DNA of 64,000 nt, taken from Myxococcota bacterium. GTDB lineage: Bacteria > Myxococcota_A > Bradymonadia > UBA7976 > UBA1532. Below the pieces are notes generated by a model, which saw only the letters and a program-made list of their open reading frames with translations, did not search any database and was not told the origin of the DNA. Every line of letters starts with the position of its first letter. The first letter of the stretch is position 1. The stretch covers positions 2,872 to 66,871 of the forward strand of contig CAUJDF010000041.1 of assembly GCA_963169045.1 (NCBI GenBank). Reading direction: 5' to 3'. The translations under genes were made by a program, and so were the position numbers. Below, piece after piece: positions 1-11,554 of the stretch.

Positions 1-44
1 AAGACGACAAACTGCACCAGTATACCGAGCCACGGCGCAACTCC

Positions 45-437
45 TCAGACGCGCCGGCGCTTCGGCGGCCGGCAACCGTTGTGCGGGATCGGCGTCACGT
101 CCCGGATATGCGTGATCTTGAAACCGGCGTTCGACAGCGAACGCAGAGCCGCCTCGCGACCCGCGCCCGGCCCCTTCACGTACACTCCGATCGAACGCAT
201 GCCGTGTTCCATCGCCTTCCGAGCGGCGTCTTCGGCAGCGAGCTGGGCGGCGAACGGCGTACTCTTGCGACTTCCCTTGAAGCCACGGGAGCCAGCGGAC
301 GACCAAGCCACGCAGTTACCCTGCACGTCGGTAATCGTGACGATGGTGTTGTTGAATGTCGCCTGAATGTGGGCGATACCCGACTGAATGTTCTTGCGAA
401 CCTTCTTCTTGGCACCGCGCGCGGGATTCTTGGCCAT
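45..437 (-). CDS. rpsK: 30S ribosomal protein S11
   Basis: 130-aa [36 protein letters not shown]..., canonical S11 N-terminus; sits in alpha/spc operon context next to S13. Confidence 0.95.
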   Translation of the reverse strand: MAKNPARGAKKKVRKNIQSGIAHIQATFNNTIVTITDVQGNCVAWSSAGSRGFKGSRKSTPFAAQLAAEDAARKAMEHGMRSIGVYVKGPGAGREAALRSLSNAGFKITHIRDVTPIPHNGCRPPKRRRV

Positions 438-450
438 GGTCGTACCTTGC

Positions 451-819
451 TTACTTCTTCTTCTGTGCGATCACCCGACGCGGCCCCTTGCGCGTGCGGG
501 CATTCGTGCGCGTGCGCTGACCACGGACCGGAAGGCCGCGGCGGTGCCGAAGGCCCCGGTAGCAGCCGAGATCCATCAGACGCTTGATGTTGAGGGTCAC
601 GTCGCGCCGAAGATCACCCTCGACCTTGAACTTTTCGTCCAGCACGGTGCGGATCTTCCGCACATCGACCTCCGACAGGTCGTCGGTGCGCACGCTGGGG
701 TCGATCCCGCACTCCTGCAGAATCCTGGCCGAGGCGCTCTTCCCAACCCCATGAATGTACGTCAGAGCGATCAGCACCCGCTTATTGCGCGGAAGGTCGA
801 CACCTGCAATACGCGCCAT
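451..819 (-). CDS. rpsM: 30S ribosomal protein S13
   Basis: 122-aa [29 protein letters not shown]..., typical S13. Confidence 0.95.
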   Translation of the reverse strand: MARIAGVDLPRNKRVLIALTYIHGVGKSASARILQECGIDPSVRTDDLSEVDVRKIRTVLDEKFKVEGDLRRDVTLNIKRLMDLGCYRGLRHRRGLPVRGQRTRTNARTRKGPRRVIAQKKK

Positions 820-843
820 CTTTCGTCCCCGTTCCTTACCGGC

Positions 844-957
844 TCAGCCCTGCCGCTGCTTGTGGCGAGGGTTGTCGCAGATGATCCGCACTCGACCGTG
901 CCGGCGAATAATCTTGCACTTGTCGCAGATGCGCTTCACCGAGGCTCGCACCTTCAT
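844..957 (-). CDS. rpmJ: 50S ribosomal protein L36 (zinc-ribbon type)
   Basis: Hand-translated 37-aa ORF (below the size cut-off of the ORF track) [37 protein letters not shown] with CxxC...C..H motif; between adk and rpsM. Confidence 0.8.
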   Translation of the reverse strand: MKVRASVKRICDKCKIIRRHGRVRIICDNPRHKQRQG

Positions 958-992
958 CGTCCGCTCCAGCTTCCTAGTCGCCGTGGCGCGCT

Positions 993-1640
993 TCAGAGTT
1001 CCAACGCCGCCATGATACTCGCGAAGACCCCATCGAACGATCCTTCACCATCCACGCGGCGAAGCTTGCCCATTCGTTCATAGTACTCGATCAGCGGAGC
1101 AGTGCTTTCGTCGTAGACCCGCAGTCGGCTCGCAATGACCCCAGGCCGGTCATCGGAACGCTGATAGGTCTCACCTCCACAGACGTCGCAGACTCCCTCC
1201 AGCCTGGCCGGCCTGAACTCGACGTGGAACGTCGCACCGCATTGCCGGCAAACGCGCCGCCCGCCGAGCCGAACCGCAAGAGCCCTGGCCTCCACCTGGA
1301 TGCTGACTACTCGCTCGATCAGCACCCGACGCACCTCAAGTGCGCTCGCCTGGGCAACGTTTCTGGGGAATCCGTCGAGAATGTAGCCCGCCGCAGCATC
1401 TGGCTCGCTCAGCCGGTCCTCAACAAGTTCCAGGACGAGCTCATCCGGCACCAGCGTGCCGGCATCCATGTACTGCTGAGCCTTCCTTCCGAGCGGACTG
1501 CCCACTGCCCGCGCAGCCCGCAGCAAGTCTCCAGTCGAAACCTGGGGTACCCCAAGTTCTTCGACCAGACGAGCCGACTGGCTGCCCTTTCCCGCCCCAG
1601 GCGGGCCTAGCAGAATCAGGCGCTTGGCGAGCATTCTCAA
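993..1640 (-). CDS. adk: adenylate kinase (zinc-lid type)
   Basis: 215 aa, P-loop [14 protein letters not shown], lid CRQCG...CDVCGG. Confidence 0.93.
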   Translation of the reverse strand: MRMLAKRLILLGPPGAGKGSQSARLVEELGVPQVSTGDLLRAARAVGSPLGRKAQQYMDAGTLVPDELVLELVEDRLSEPDAAAGYILDGFPRNVAQASALEVRRVLIERVVSIQVEARALAVRLGGRRVCRQCGATFHVEFRPARLEGVCDVCGGETYQRSDDRPGVIASRLRVYDESTAPLIEYYERMGKLRRVDGEGSFDGVFASIMAALEL

Positions 1641-2992
1641 GCCACGCTCACGCCACGACGGTCCCGGATGCGGGAGGCCTTCGATTCTGTGAAACCTTCG
1701 TAATTGCGAGTGATCAGATGACTCTCAATTTGCTGCACGGTGTCCAGCGCCACCGAAACAACAATCAGCAACGAGGTTCCACCAAAGTAGAAAGAAACCC
1801 TGAACTCCTGCTGAACGAACATTGGAAGTACACACACGGCGGCCACATACAAAGCTCCGGCTACCGTCAGACGCGTCAGGACGTAGTCAATGTACTCCGC
1901 AGTCTTCGCGCCAGGGCGGATGCCAGGAATGTAGCCGCCGTACTTCTTCAAGTTCTCGGCAACATCCACGGGATTGAACATGACGGCGGTGTAAAAGAAG
2001 CAGAAGAAAAGAATGAGGCCGCAGAAAAGTACGAGGTACGGCCACTCACCGGGCATAAGCGCCTGCTGAATCTGCTGCATCCATGCCGCGTCGCTCCAAC
2101 CGGCAATCGTCGACGGAAACATCAGGATGGACGAAGCGAAGATTGGCGGGATCACGCCGGCCATATTCACCCGTAGGGGAAGATGCGTGCTCTGTGCTGC
2201 CCCCACCCGATTGCCCACCAAGCGCTTAGCGTACTGAATAGGAATCCGTCGCTGTGCGCGCTCCATGAACACGATGAACCCGATGGTCACCAGAACCATA
2301 CCGGCCAGCGCTACGAGCGAGAACAACGACATCTGCTGATCGCTCACAAGGCTGATCGTCTGCTGCATCGCCTCCGGTAGGCCCGCAACGATGCCGGCAA
2401 AAATGATCAGGCTCATTCCATTTCCGATGCCGCGCTCGGTGATCTGCTCGCCGAGCCACATGATGAAGGCACTTCCAGTTGTCAACGTCAGTACCGTCAT
2501 CGCGCGGAAGCCGAATGTCCCCGGGGCATGGACGATCTGGCCCGCCCCAGACTCGGCGTTGAGATTCTCCAGGTAGACCGCGATGAAGAAGCCCTGAACG
2601 ATCGAGAGGGCTATCGTTCCGTACCGCGTCCACTGGTTGATCTTCTTACGCCCCTGCTCGCCTTCCTTGTTCAGACGATCGAGCGTCGGAATCACGACTG
2701 TCAGCAGCTGAAAGATGATCGAGGCCGAGATGTAGGGCATGATGCCGAGCGCAAAGACACTCAGGCGTTCGATCGCCCCACCACTGAACATGTTGAACAG
2801 GCCCAGAAAGTTGTTCTGCTGGCCCGCCATGAACTCAGACATCGCGCTTCGATTGACACCCGGCAGAGTGACGAAGACGCCAATGCGATAGACCGCAAGC
2901 AGCGCAAGCGTGAACAGAATCCGCTTGCGCAGCTCGGGGATCTGGAAGATTCGGACGATAGTTCCCAAGGGACTCGGCCTCTCAGCGCTCAA
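1637..2992 (-). CDS. secY: preprotein translocase subunit SecY
   Basis: 451 aa multi-TM protein, SecY N-terminus [30 protein letters not shown]; spc operon position. Confidence 0.95.
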   Translation of the reverse strand: MSAERPSPLGTIVRIFQIPELRKRILFTLALLAVYRIGVFVTLPGVNRSAMSEFMAGQQNNFLGLFNMFSGGAIERLSVFALGIMPYISASIIFQLLTVVIPTLDRLNKEGEQGRKKINQWTRYGTIALSIVQGFFIAVYLENLNAESGAGQIVHAPGTFGFRAMTVLTLTTGSAFIMWLGEQITERGIGNGMSLIIFAGIVAGLPEAMQQTISLVSDQQMSLFSLVALAGMVLVTIGFIVFMERAQRRIPIQYAKRLVGNRVGAAQSTHLPLRVNMAGVIPPIFASSILMFPSTIAGWSDAAWMQQIQQALMPGEWPYLVLFCGLILFFCFFYTAVMFNPVDVAENLKKYGGYIPGIRPGAKTAEYIDYVLTRLTVAGALYVAAVCVLPMFVQQEFRVSFYFGGTSLLIVVSVALDTVQQIESHLITRNYEGFTESKASRIRDRRGVSVA

Positions 2993-3434
2993 TCAGCTCG
3001 ACGGTGCCACCGGCCCCACTGATCTTCTCAACGGCGCTCTTGCTGAAGTGGTGCGCGCGAATGGTCAGCGCCACCGCAACATCGCCGTCACCAAGAACCT
3101 TGAGCAGGTCGTGACCCTTCTTCACCAAGCCCCGCGACCGGAGAGTATCGGGATCGATAATCGCGCCTGCTTCGAACGCCACGAGATCGCGAAGATTGAC
3201 CACGGCGTACTCAATGCGGTTCTCGCTACGGAACCCGCGCTTCGGCAGACGCCGCTGCAGCGGCATTTGCCCACCCTCGAAGCCGTGACCGGGCTTGCCG
3301 CCACCCTGACGGCCCTTCTGGCCCTTTCCGCCCATCCCGGCAGTCTTACCCCACCCGGACGACTCGCCACGACCAATGCGCCGGCGGCGCTTGTTGGCAC
3401 CAATCGGCGCTTCGAGATTGCTGAGTTCGCTCAT
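2982..3434 (-). CDS. rplO: 50S ribosomal protein L15
   Basis: 150 aa, Gly/Arg-rich N-terminus [28 protein letters not shown] typical of L15. Confidence 0.93.
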   Translation of the reverse strand: MSELSNLEAPIGANKRRRRIGRGESSGWGKTAGMGGKGQKGRQGGGKPGHGFEGGQMPLQRRLPKRGFRSENRIEYAVVNLRDLVAFEAGAIIDPDTLRSRGLVKKGHDLLKVLGDGDVAVALTIRAHHFSKSAVEKISGAGGTVELIER

Positions 3435-3437
3435 GAC

Positions 3438-3620
3438 CTAATCTTCCAAGACCGACCACTCGACGAGATGACTAACCTGAGCCACCATCCCACGGACGGA
3501 CGGCGAATCGATAAGGACCCTCTCTTGATTCAGGCGACGGAGCCCCAATCCCTGCAGCGTCTTACGGTGACGTTCGGGCCGCCCAATCCCACTCCGGCGG
3601 AGAACAATCTTCAGCTTCAT
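3438..3620 (-). CDS. rpmD: 50S ribosomal protein L30
   Basis: 60 aa [32 protein letters not shown]... Confidence 0.9.
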   Translation of the reverse strand: MKLKIVLRRSGIGRPERHRKTLQGLGLRRLNQERVLIDSPSVRGMVAQVSHLVEWSVLED

Positions 3621-4174
3621 GGCTGCGGCACCTCCCGCCCCGGCACCGAGTGTGCGAGTTCATCGAGGCCTTTGCCCCGCCGCGTGGCCATCTCAATCGG
3701 CTCAACCAAGCGGCGAAGCGCGTCCACCGTCGCGTGCACGACGTTGTGAGGATTGCTCGTGCCCAGCGACTTCGTCAGCACATTGTGGATGCCTGCCGCC
3801 TCGAGCACAGCGCGAACAGCTCCGCCAGCAATCACGCCGGTACCGGGGCTGGCCGGCCGTAGAACGACGCGACCGGCACCGAAGTGCCCAACGACCTCGT
3901 GGGGGATGGTGTCGGAAAGGAGCGGGACCTGAAACATGCTCTTTCGAGCCCTTTCATTCCCCTTCCGAATCGCCTCCGGCACCTCATTGGCCTTGCCCAG
4001 ACCGATGCCCACGCGACCGTGGCCGTCGCCGACGACGACGAGCGCACTGAAGCTGAAGCGGCGGCCACCCTTGACCACCTTGGCCACGCGGTTGATCCTG
4101 ACGACTTTGTCAATCAGGTCGGTTTCAATCTCTCTTAGCACCGCCAACTTCCTGCTCCCGGCCTGCAAACGCAA
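3617..4174 (-). CDS. rpsE: 30S ribosomal protein S5
   Basis: 185 aa with S5 core [30 protein letters not shown]; exact start uncertain. Confidence 0.92.
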   Translation of the reverse strand: MRLQAGSRKLAVLREIETDLIDKVVRINRVAKVVKGGRRFSFSALVVVGDGHGRVGIGLGKANEVPEAIRKGNERARKSMFQVPLLSDTIPHEVVGHFGAGRVVLRPASPGTGVIAGGAVRAVLEAAGIHNVLTKSLGTSNPHNVVHATVDALRRLVEPIEMATRRGKGLDELAHSVPGREVPQP

Positions 4175-4251
4175 AAAGCGTCGCCACCCTCAGCGCCAAC
4201 GAGGCGCGGACTTGTACCGCAGGCCTCCTGCGCTGTCAATACCGAGCTTCC

Positions 4252-4620
4252 TCAGAACTGCAGGCCACCTTCACGCGCACCGTCGGCGACCGCCCTGACG
4301 CGCCCGTGGTAGATGAACCCATTTCGATCAAAGACCACGCGTTCGATCTGCCGATCGCGACACTTCGCCGCGATGAGCCTTCCGACCAACGTTGCGGTCT
4401 CGGTCTTTCTCTTTCCCTCGCACTGCGATCGGACTTCCGGACTGAGCGAGGATGCCGCGGCCAGCGTCGCTCCGCTTGAATCGTCGATGACCTGCGCATA
4501 GATGTGGTTGGTCGAGCGGAAAACACTCAACCGCGGACGCTCAGAGGAGCCGAGCACCCGCTTTCGCACCGAGCGCTTCCGCCGGAGCCGAGCCGCCACT
4601 TTGTCATTCTTGACTGTCAT
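4252..4620 (-). CDS. rplR: 50S ribosomal protein L18
   Basis: 122 aa, [18 protein letters not shown] motif. Confidence 0.93.
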   Translation of the reverse strand: MTVKNDKVAARLRRKRSVRKRVLGSSERPRLSVFRSTNHIYAQVIDDSSGATLAAASSLSPEVRSQCEGKRKTETATLVGRLIAAKCRDRQIERVVFDRNGFIYHGRVRAVADGAREGGLQF

Positions 4621-4649
4621 TGCAGCCGTCCTTCCCCGGTCCGCGCGCC

Positions 4650-5192
4650 TCAGCGGGCGCCGGACTTGCCTTCTTTGCGGCGGATAGTCTCGTCCGAGTA
4701 CTTGATGCCTTTGCCCTTATAGGGCTCGGGCTCACGGAACGAACGAATCGTCGCGGCGGCGGACCCGACTACCTGGGCATCGGCACCGCTGACGATGAGG
4801 CGCGTCGGCGACTCGATCTTGGCCTGCACCCCAGCGGGCAGCTCGTAATAGATGGGGTGGCTATAGCCGAGCGCGAAGACGAGATAGTCCTTCTTCTGCT
4901 CGACGCGGTAACCGACGCCAACAATGTCGAGCGTGCGACTGAAGCCGGCACTCACCCCACGGACCAAGTTGCGGAGGAGCGTGCGAGCGAGGCCGTGCAT
5001 CGCTCGCGCCGTACGATCGTCCGGCTCCTCACGCGCCACGATCAACTTCCCGCTCTCGACCGAGACGCTCACGCGAGGCGGCAATTCACGTGCCAGAGTG
5101 CCCTTGGGCCCCTTGACGCTGATCCGTCCTTCGGTCACCTCGACGGTCACACCGGCCGGTACTGCCACCGGCAACTTGCCGATACGGGACAT
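4650..5192 (-). CDS. rplF: 50S ribosomal protein L6
   Basis: 180 aa [19 protein letters not shown]... Confidence 0.93.
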   Translation of the reverse strand: MSRIGKLPVAVPAGVTVEVTEGRISVKGPKGTLARELPPRVSVSVESGKLIVAREEPDDRTARAMHGLARTLLRNLVRGVSAGFSRTLDIVGVGYRVEQKKDYLVFALGYSHPIYYELPAGVQAKIESPTRLIVSGADAQVVGSAAATIRSFREPEPYKGKGIKYSDETIRRKEGKSGAR

Positions 5193-5222
5193 TCCCGAGT
5201 TCCTTTCCTCGTCGCTCGCGAG

Positions 5223-5621
5223 CTACCAAATGGAGCAGAGGTGCTCGCCGCCGACCCGGAGCTGGCGCGCTTGTGTGTCGGTCATGACGCCGCGCGAAGT
5301 CGAAAGAATGGCGACACCGAGGCCATGGCGGACACGCGGAATGTCGCTCGACTTAACGTATGCTCGACGCCCAGGCCGCGAGACGCGCTCGAGCCCGGTG
5401 ATGACAGGCCGTTGGTCCGGCGTGTACTTCAGATAAATGCAGATCTGGTCCTGCTTCGCGTCCTTGACGACCTTCCAGTTACGGATGAACCCCTCCTCTC
5501 GGAGCAGGTTGATAATCCGCAGCTTCAGGTTCGAAGCCGGCACATAGACCTTGTCGTGGCGGACCGCCGACGCGTTACGGATGCGCGTCAGCAGATCGGC
5601 GATAGGGTCGGTCATCCCCAT
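5223..5621 (-). CDS. rpsH: 30S ribosomal protein S8
   Basis: 132 aa [15 protein letters not shown]... Confidence 0.93.
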   Translation of the reverse strand: MGMTDPIADLLTRIRNASAVRHDKVYVPASNLKLRIINLLREEGFIRNWKVVKDAKQDQICIYLKYTPDQRPVITGLERVSRPGRRAYVKSSDIPRVRHGLGVAILSTSRGVMTDTQARQLRVGGEHLCSIW

Positions 5622-5676
5622 GGGTCATTCCCTCAACGATTCGGCGCAGGGCGCCTTCAGCCGATCCCGGTCGGAA

Positions 5677-5862
5677 TCACCAGCTCGCCTTGACCACCCC
5701 GGGGATTTCTCCCCGCAGCGCCAACTCGCGGAAGCAGATACGACACATACGAAAGCGACGGATGAAGGCGCGGGCACGCCCACAGAGCGGACAACGATTG
5801 TAGCCCCGCACCGTGAACTTCGGCCGCCGCTTCGCCTGCGCGATCTTGGACTTTTTGGCCAC
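5677..5862 (-). CDS. rpsN: 30S ribosomal protein S14 type Z (zinc-binding, 61 aa)
   Basis: 61 aa with CPLCGR...CRIC zinc ribbon, between S8 and L5. Confidence 0.92.
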   Translation of the reverse strand: MAKKSKIAQAKRRPKFTVRGYNRCPLCGRARAFIRRFRMCRICFRELALRGEIPGVVKASW

Positions 5863-5871
5863 CTGGCTCTC

Positions 5872-6426
5872 CTACTTGGCCGTCGCCTTGCGGAACGGCA
5901 TCCCGAGATGCCGGAGCAGCGCGCGACCCTCTTCGTCCGTCCTCGCCGTGGTGACGATCGTGACGTTCAGACCCTTGACCTTATCGGTCTTATCGTAGTC
6001 AATTTCTGGAAATATGATGTGTTCGCGGATGCCCAACGAGTAATTCCCACGGCCATCAAACGCCTTCGGGCTAACGCCACGAAAGTCGCGGACTCGCGGG
6101 AGCGCGATGTTCATCAATCGGTCGAGGAACTCCCACATACGATCGCGTCGCAACGTGACCGAGCAGCCGATCGGCATGCCCTTGCGCAACTTGAATCCGG
6201 CTATCGCCTTCTTCGACCGCGCAACCACGGCCTTCTGACCTGCGATGTCTGTGAGCTCGACCTGCGCCGATTCGACGATCTTCGGGTTCTGCACAGCCTC
6301 ACCGAGACCCATGTTGCAGACGACCTTCAGAATGCGAGGCACTTCATTGACGTTGGAGTACTTGAACTCCGACATCAACGCGGCTGCAACATCGTCCCTG
6401 TAGACCTTCTGGAGTCGCGAGGTCAT
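5872..6426 (-). CDS. rplE: 50S ribosomal protein L5
   Basis: 184 aa, conserved spc-operon position between L24 and S14. Confidence 0.92.
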   Translation of the reverse strand: MTSRLQKVYRDDVAAALMSEFKYSNVNEVPRILKVVCNMGLGEAVQNPKIVESAQVELTDIAGQKAVVARSKKAIAGFKLRKGMPIGCSVTLRRDRMWEFLDRLMNIALPRVRDFRGVSPKAFDGRGNYSLGIREHIIFPEIDYDKTDKVKGLNVTIVTTARTDEEGRALLRHLGMPFRKATAK

Positions 6427-6800
6427 TCGAACACCTCACCGGACTTCGCACAAAACCGAACCTTGCGAATTCGCTCCAGCGCCCCGCCGCCAAAACTCGC
6501 GAGGGCTGCCGCGCGCGTGCCGTGGAACTCGCCCCCCTGCCCCTCGAACCGATACGAAACGCGAACGCCCCTCTCAAGCTTCTGCGAGTACAACTGTACA
6601 TTGGAAGCGTCCAATGACGCCTCCTTCTCGGAGATCCCACCCTGCGGATCGAGTGCCGTCGGGCGACGGTGCCGCTTCACGACATTCAGACCCTCGACCA
6701 CAACGCGGTTGCGCACGCGATCAACGCGGAGAACGCGGCCGGTCTTGCCCTTCTCCTTACCGGCGATGACCTGCACGACGTCGTTTGTCTTGATGTACAT
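6423..6800 (-). CDS. rplX: 50S ribosomal protein L24 (with ~20-aa internal insertion near C-terminus)
   Basis: 125 aa; KOW motif [15 protein letters not shown]; longer than the 104-aa E. coli protein. Confidence 0.92.
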   Translation of the reverse strand: MYIKTNDVVQVIAGKEKGKTGRVLRVDRVRNRVVVEGLNVVKRHRRPTALDPQGGISEKEASLDASNVQLYSQKLERGVRVSYRFEGQGGEFHGTRAAALASFGGGALERIRKVRFCAKSGEVFE

Positions 6801-6822
6801 CGTGTGTTCCCTTCGAAGTGCC

Positions 6823-7191
6823 TCAGAGCACCTCGGGCGCCAGCGAGATGATCTTCATGAACTTGCGCGCCCGCAGCTCTCGTGCGACGGGCCCGAAGAT
6901 GCGGGTACCGAGCGGTTCGCCGGCCTCGTTGATCAGCACCGCCGAGTTCGCGTCGAACTTGATGTAGGAACCGTCGGGCCGCCGAACTTCTTTGGTGGTA
7001 CGAACGATGACAGCACGGCGAACGTCACCCTTCTTCACCTTCGAGTTCGGGAGCGCCTCTTTGATACTCACCACGACGACGTCACCAATCGAGGCGTACT
7101 TACGCTTCGAACCTCCGAGTACCTTGATGCACATCAGCTTCTTGGCACCGGAGTTATCGGCGGCGGTCAGGATGGTCTGCATTTGGATCAC
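6823..7191 (-). CDS. rplN: 50S ribosomal protein L14
   Basis: 122 aa [27 protein letters not shown]... Confidence 0.95.
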   Translation of the reverse strand: MIQMQTILTAADNSGAKKLMCIKVLGGSKRKYASIGDVVVVSIKEALPNSKVKKGDVRRAVIVRTTKEVRRPDGSYIKFDANSAVLINEAGEPLGTRIFGPVARELRARKFMKIISLAPEVL

Positions 7192-7229
7192 GGCGAACCT
7201 CGAGATTGCTCAGGCGCTTACGCCCGGCC

Positions 7230-7496
7230 TCAGACGGCCCGGCTTGCGATTTCCCGCAGCCGCCACCGCTTGTCCTTGCTCAAGGGCCGACACTCTTCGA
7301 TCACCACAGTGTCGCCCATGCGCGCATCGTTGTGCTCGTCATGGACCTTGTACTTGACCCGACGGCGAACGTACTTCTTGTAGACGGGGTGCTTCACGAG
7401 TCGCTCGATCTGCACCACAATCGTCTTCTGCATCTTGTCGCTGACCACCACCCCGGTTCGGCTCTTTCGGTGGCCCTGGGACGTCGTCTCACTCAT
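7230..7496 (-). CDS. rpsQ: 30S ribosomal protein S17
   Basis: 88 aa, [20 protein letters not shown]... Confidence 0.93.
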   Translation of the reverse strand: MSETTSQGHRKSRTGVVVSDKMQKTIVVQIERLVKHPVYKKYVRRRVKYKVHDEHNDARMGDTVVIEECRPLSKDKRWRLREIASRAV

Positions 7497-7711
7497 CGCG
7501 CACCCTTTCGCCCAACCTGCTGCACGATCTGACGTTCCCGAAGGATCGTCTCTACGCGGGCAATGTCACGTCGCACTGCGCGCAGCTCGGATGTCTGCGT
7601 CAGTTGACCCGTGTGCTGCTTGAACCGCAGATCGAACAGGTTGCGACGAAACTCCGTGCTGATGGTAAGGAGCTCGTCAGTGCTCTTCTGACGAAGTTCG
7701 CTGGCTTGCAT
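7493..7711 (-). CDS. rpmC: 50S ribosomal protein L29
   Basis: 72 aa [32 protein letters not shown]... Confidence 0.92.
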   Translation of the reverse strand: MQASELRQKSTDELLTISTEFRRNLFDLRFKQHTGQLTQTSELRAVRRDIARVETILRERQIVQQVGRKGAR

Positions 7712-7712
7712 C

Positions 7713-8123
7713 TCACTGACCCCGCGCCAGGATTCGCGTTCTCATCGGCAGCTTGTGCGCAGCGAGGCGAAACGCCTCGCGCGCGACATCCTCGGGCACC
7801 CCCTCCATTTCATAGAGGACACGACCGGGCTTAATGACCGCCACCCAGGCTTCGACGCCGCCCTTGCCCTTACCCATTCGGGTCTCGGCGGGCTTCTTCG
7901 TGATCGGCTTGTCGGGAAAAACGCGAATCCAAATCTTCCCGCCACGCTTCACATGGCGGGTCATCGCGATGCGAGCCGCTTCAATCTGACGGGCAGTAAT
8001 ACGCGCGGGCTCGAGGGCCTGCAGCCCGAAGTCGCCGAAGCTGACGTCCGAGCCGCCCTTGGCCATGCCAGTCATGCGGCCCTTGAACTGCTTGCGAAAC
8101 TTGGTCTTCTTCGGGGAAAGCAT
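7713..8123 (-). CDS. rplP: 50S ribosomal protein L16
   Basis: 136 aa [19 protein letters not shown]... Confidence 0.95.
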   Translation of the reverse strand: MLSPKKTKFRKQFKGRMTGMAKGGSDVSFGDFGLQALEPARITARQIEAARIAMTRHVKRGGKIWIRVFPDKPITKKPAETRMGKGKGGVEAWVAVIKPGRVLYEMEGVPEDVAREAFRLAAHKLPMRTRILARGQ

Positions 8124-8147
8124 CGCTCATCTCCCTCGAGGCCTTGG

Positions 8148-8819
8148 TTACCGACGGGCGGGCTGCGCAGCGCGCGCGGCAGCGGCCGTCTGGTCCTCGA
8201 GCACCTCACCCTTGAAAATCCAGCACTTGATGCCAATGACGCCGTACGTTGTCCGGGCGATTGCCGTGCCGTAGTCGATGTCCGCCCGCAGCGTGTGCAG
8301 TGGAACGCGGCCGTCGCGGTACCACTCATAGCGGCCCATCTCCGCGCCACCGAGTCGACCTGATGCCGAGACACGAAAGCCCTTAGCGCCGAACTTCATG
8401 CCCGTCTGCATCGCCTTCTTCAGAGCCCGTCGGAATGCAACGCGGCGCTCCAATTGAGCAGCAACGTTCTCAGCGACCAGCGTCGCATCCAACTCCGCCT
8501 TCCGGACCTCCTGGATATTCAGGTAGACCTCGCCCTTCGTAAGCTTCTCGACCGCGCGCTTGAGTTCGTCGACACCGGCGCCACGCTTGCCGATCACGAT
8601 TCCGGGCCGAGCAGTGAAGACGTTGATCTTCACTTTGTTGGCCATCCTCTCAATCTCGATTTTGGAGATTCCCGCGTGATGCAGCTTCTTCTTGATGGAC
8701 CGCCGGAGCTGAATGTCTTCGTGGAGCCATTCGGCATACCGCCTCTCGGCATACCACTTCGAGCTCCACGTCCGAATGACGCCGAGACGGAACCCGACGG
8801 GATGCGTCTTCTGACCCAC
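8148..8819 (-). CDS. rpsC: 30S ribosomal protein S3
   Basis: ORF 8148..8903 carries the S3 core; the 28 residues upstream are Arg/Ser junk. Likely GTG start at 8819 ([14 protein letters not shown]...) preceded by GGAGG. Confidence 0.9.
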   Translation of the reverse strand: MGQKTHPVGFRLGVIRTWSSKWYAERRYAEWLHEDIQLRRSIKKKLHHAGISKIEIERMANKVKINVFTARPGIVIGKRGAGVDELKRAVEKLTKGEVYLNIQEVRKAELDATLVAENVAAQLERRVAFRRALKKAMQTGMKFGAKGFRVSASGRLGGAEMGRYEWYRDGRVPLHTLRADIDYGTAIARTTYGVIGIKCWIFKGEVLEDQTAAAARAAQPARR

Positions 8820-8829
8820 GGTAGCCTCC

Positions 8830-9156
8830 TCAGCCCCGCACGCCGAGCACGCAGGTGACGTGACTCGTGCGCTTGTTGATCCGGGTCGCTCGCCCCATCG
8901 CACGCGGCATGAAGCGCTTCAGCGTCGGACCTTCGTTGACGAAGATAGTCTTGACAAAGAGTCGGTCGGGATCTGCGTTCTGCGCTTCAGCGTTCGCAAT
9001 TGCGCTCTCAATCAGCTTGCGCAGCGGTTCACTCGCCGACCGACGGGTGAACTGGAGGATCCCGATTGCCTCGTTCACGTTCTTGCCGCGTACCAGATTG
9101 GCCACCAGCCGGGCCTTGCGCGGCGTGACCCGCAGATAGCGGAGCATGGCCTTCAT
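8830..9156 (-). CDS. rplV: 50S ribosomal protein L22
   Basis: 108 aa, [22 protein letters not shown]... Confidence 0.93.
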   Translation of the reverse strand: MKAMLRYLRVTPRKARLVANLVRGKNVNEAIGILQFTRRSASEPLRKLIESAIANAEAQNADPDRLFVKTIFVNEGPTLKRFMPRAMGRATRINKRTSHVTCVLGVRG

Positions 9157-9160
9157 CGCG

Positions 9161-9439
9161 CTACTTCCTCTTGGCCTTGCGGTCCGCGGCGTGACCGAAG
9201 AACGTCCGGGTCGGCGAGAACTCGCCTAGCTTGTGACCGACCATGTTCTCAGTCACAAAAACCGGAATGAACTTGCGGCCATTATGGACCGCGAAAGTGT
9301 GCCCGACGAACTCAGGAAGGATGACCGATCGGCGCGACCAGGTCTTGATGACGCGCCGCTCGCCCGCCCGGGTCATCTCGTCGACCTTCTTCATCAGATG
9401 GTCGTCGACGAAGGGGCCCTTCTTTACGGAACGAGGCAT
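9161..9439 (-). CDS. rpsS: 30S ribosomal protein S19
   Basis: 92 aa [19 protein letters not shown]... Confidence 0.95.
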   Translation of the reverse strand: MPRSVKKGPFVDDHLMKKVDEMTRAGERRVIKTWSRRSVILPEFVGHTFAVHNGRKFIPVFVTENMVGHKLGEFSPTRTFFGHAADRKAKRK

Positions 9440-9448
9440 CGTCTGCTC

Positions 9449-10276
9449 CTACTTGGCGTTGCGCCGACGCACAATGAAGCGGTCGGTCGCCCGGTTATTG
9501 CGGGTCTTCTTGCCCTTCGTAGGGAAGCCCCATGGCGTCACCGGATGGCGTCCGCCCGAAGTGCGTCCCTCACCACCACCGTGCGGGTGGTCCACCGGGT
9601 TCATCGCGACGCCACGAACCTTGCCGCGGCGGCCAAGCCAGCGCGTGCGTCCGGCCTTGCCGATCGAGACGTTATTGTGCTCTTCGTTGCCAACCTGACC
9701 GATGGTCGCTCGGCAGTTCTGGTGGACGAGCCGGACCTCGCCCGAGGGAAGGCGCACCTGGCACCAATCCCCTTCCTTGGCCATCAATTGCGCGGCCGTA
9801 CCGGCTGCGCGGCACATTTTCGCACCGGCTCCGATCTTCAGTTCGACCGCATGAACGACCGTGCCAACCGGCATGTCACGCAGCGGTAAACTGTTGCCTA
9901 CCTTGATGTCGGCACCACGCGCCGAAACAACCTCGTCGCCGACCGTCAGCCCCTTGGGCGCGAGGATGTAGCGCTTCTCACCGTCGCTGTATGTCAACAG
10001 CGCGATGCGGGCGCTTCGGTTTGGATCGTACTGGATGCTCGATACCCTCGCGGGAATGCCGTACTTGTCGCGGCGGAAGTCGATGATGCGGAAGCGACGT
10101 TTGTGACCCCCCCCGCGGAAGCGGACCGTGATCCGTCCATAGCTGTTGCGCCCCGCGCGCTTGCGCGCCGGCTGCGTCAGGCTTTTCTCCGGACGATTGT
10201 GAGTAATTTCCGCGAAGTCGCTGACCGACATACCTCGCCGTCCCGGCGAAGTCGGCTTGTAAGTCTTGATACCCAT
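9449..10276 (-). CDS. rplB: 50S ribosomal protein L2
   Basis: 275 aa, conserved L2 C-terminal HPHGGGEG motif. Confidence 0.95.
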   Translation of the reverse strand: MGIKTYKPTSPGRRGMSVSDFAEITHNRPEKSLTQPARKRAGRNSYGRITVRFRGGGHKRRFRIIDFRRDKYGIPARVSSIQYDPNRSARIALLTYSDGEKRYILAPKGLTVGDEVVSARGADIKVGNSLPLRDMPVGTVVHAVELKIGAGAKMCRAAGTAAQLMAKEGDWCQVRLPSGEVRLVHQNCRATIGQVGNEEHNNVSIGKAGRTRWLGRRGKVRGVAMNPVDHPHGGGEGRTSGGRHPVTPWGFPTKGKKTRNNRATDRFIVRRRNAK

Positions 10277-10282
10277 CTCCGC

Positions 10283-10603
10283 TTACTCCGCAGGCACCGC
10301 TTCGAGGTCCTCAAGGGCTCCGAAGAAGTCAACCTCAGCACCAGGCGCCAGCGTTACGACCGCCTTCTTCCAGTTCGAGCGCTTGCCGAAGTTACGACCG
10401 ACGCGCTTCGGCTTCCCGCGGTACAGCATCGTGTTGACCGCAGAGACTTCAGCGCCGAGAAGTTCCTCAACGGCGCTACGGATGTCGACCTTCGTGGCGT
10501 CGCGACGGACCACAAATACAACCTGGTTGAGATCGTCCTTCTGGCCAGTCGTCTTCTCGGTAACGAGCGGACGCCGGAGAATGCTATGGATGTCCTTCCT
10601 CAT
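10283..10603 (-). CDS. rplW: 50S ribosomal protein L23
   Basis: 106 aa, S10-operon position between L4 and L2. Confidence 0.9.
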   Translation of the reverse strand: MRKDIHSILRRPLVTEKTTGQKDDLNQVVFVVRRDATKVDIRSAVEELLGAEVSAVNTMLYRGKPKRVGRNFGKRSNWKKAVVTLAPGAEVDFFGALEDLEAVPAE

Positions 10604-11220
10604 TTCGCCAGTGCTCCCTCGATCCGTCGCACCATCGGCTCGGTGAGAACGACATGCCGGTACTTGAGCACGTCAAAGACGTTCAGGCCCTCGACGGGCA
10701 GGCACTTGACATGCGGAAGGTTGCGGACCGAGAGCAGCAGTTCGCGGCTTCCGCCATCGATGACCAGTGCATGTCCTTCGGCAAGGCGCGAAAACACCTG
10801 TGCCGCGCGCTTTGTCTTGACCTCGCCGAGAGAAAGTTCCTGCACAACGACAAGGCGGCCCTGGGATGCGCGAAGGCTGAGCGCCGAACGCAGTGCTCCC
10901 TTGCGCATCTTCTTATTCAGAGAGTATGCGAAGCTTCGAGGCCGAGGACCGTGCACGGCACCGCCGCCGACCCACTGCGCTGCGCGCCGCGAGCCCTGCC
11001 TGGCGCGGCCGGTACCCTTCTGGCGATACGGCTTCTTGCCGCCGCCCGCGACCTCGGAACGGGTTTTCGTCGAAGCAGTGCCGGCGCGGCGCCGTGCAAG
11101 CTGCCACTTCACCACCTCGTAGAAGAGGTGCCGATTCACCTCGGCCGCGAAGACTGCATCGGACACCTCAATGGAGCCGACCTCTTCGCGGTTCAGGTTA
11201 TAGACAGGGAGCGTCGCCAT
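10600..11220 (-). CDS. rplD: 50S ribosomal protein L4
   Basis: 206 aa with L4 signature [19 protein letters not shown]. Confidence 0.93.
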   Translation of the reverse strand: MATLPVYNLNREEVGSIEVSDAVFAAEVNRHLFYEVVKWQLARRRAGTASTKTRSEVAGGGKKPYRQKGTGRARQGSRRAAQWVGGGAVHGPRPRSFAYSLNKKMRKGALRSALSLRASQGRLVVVQELSLGEVKTKRAAQVFSRLAEGHALVIDGGSRELLLSVRNLPHVKCLPVEGLNVFDVLKYRHVVLTEPMVRRIEGALAK

Positions 11221-11232
11221 TCCCGTGGCTCC

Positions 11233-11544
11233 TCAGGACTTCAGCTCGACGTTGACGCCCGCCGAGAGATCGAGCTTCATGAGCGCGTCGAGCGTCTGGG
11301 GCGTGGGTTCGAGAATGTCAAGTAGGCGCTTGTGCGTTCGAATCTCAAATTGCTCGCGGCTCTTCTTGTCGACGTGTGGGCCGCGTAGCACCGTGTAGCG
11401 GCTAACGCTCGTCGGCAGCGGAATCGGACCCGCTACCTTAGCTCCGGTGCGCCGCGCGATATCGACGATCTCGGTCGCCGATTGGTCGAGCAACTTGTGA
11501 TCATATGCCTTTAGCCGGATTCGAATCTTCTGGCTGTTCGACAT
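11233..11544 (-). CDS. rpsJ: 30S ribosomal protein S10
   Basis: 103 aa [27 protein letters not shown]... Confidence 0.95.
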   Translation of the reverse strand: MSNSQKIRIRLKAYDHKLLDQSATEIVDIARRTGAKVAGPIPLPTSVSRYTVLRGPHVDKKSREQFEIRTHKRLLDILEPTPQTLDALMKLDLSAGVNVELKS

Positions 11545-11554
11545 CGTGTCTTCC

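Noticed and set aside
5551-7383. 610-aa plus-strand ORF
   Set aside because: Antisense to rpsH-rpsN-rplE-rplX-rplN; the ribosomal genes have textbook sequences
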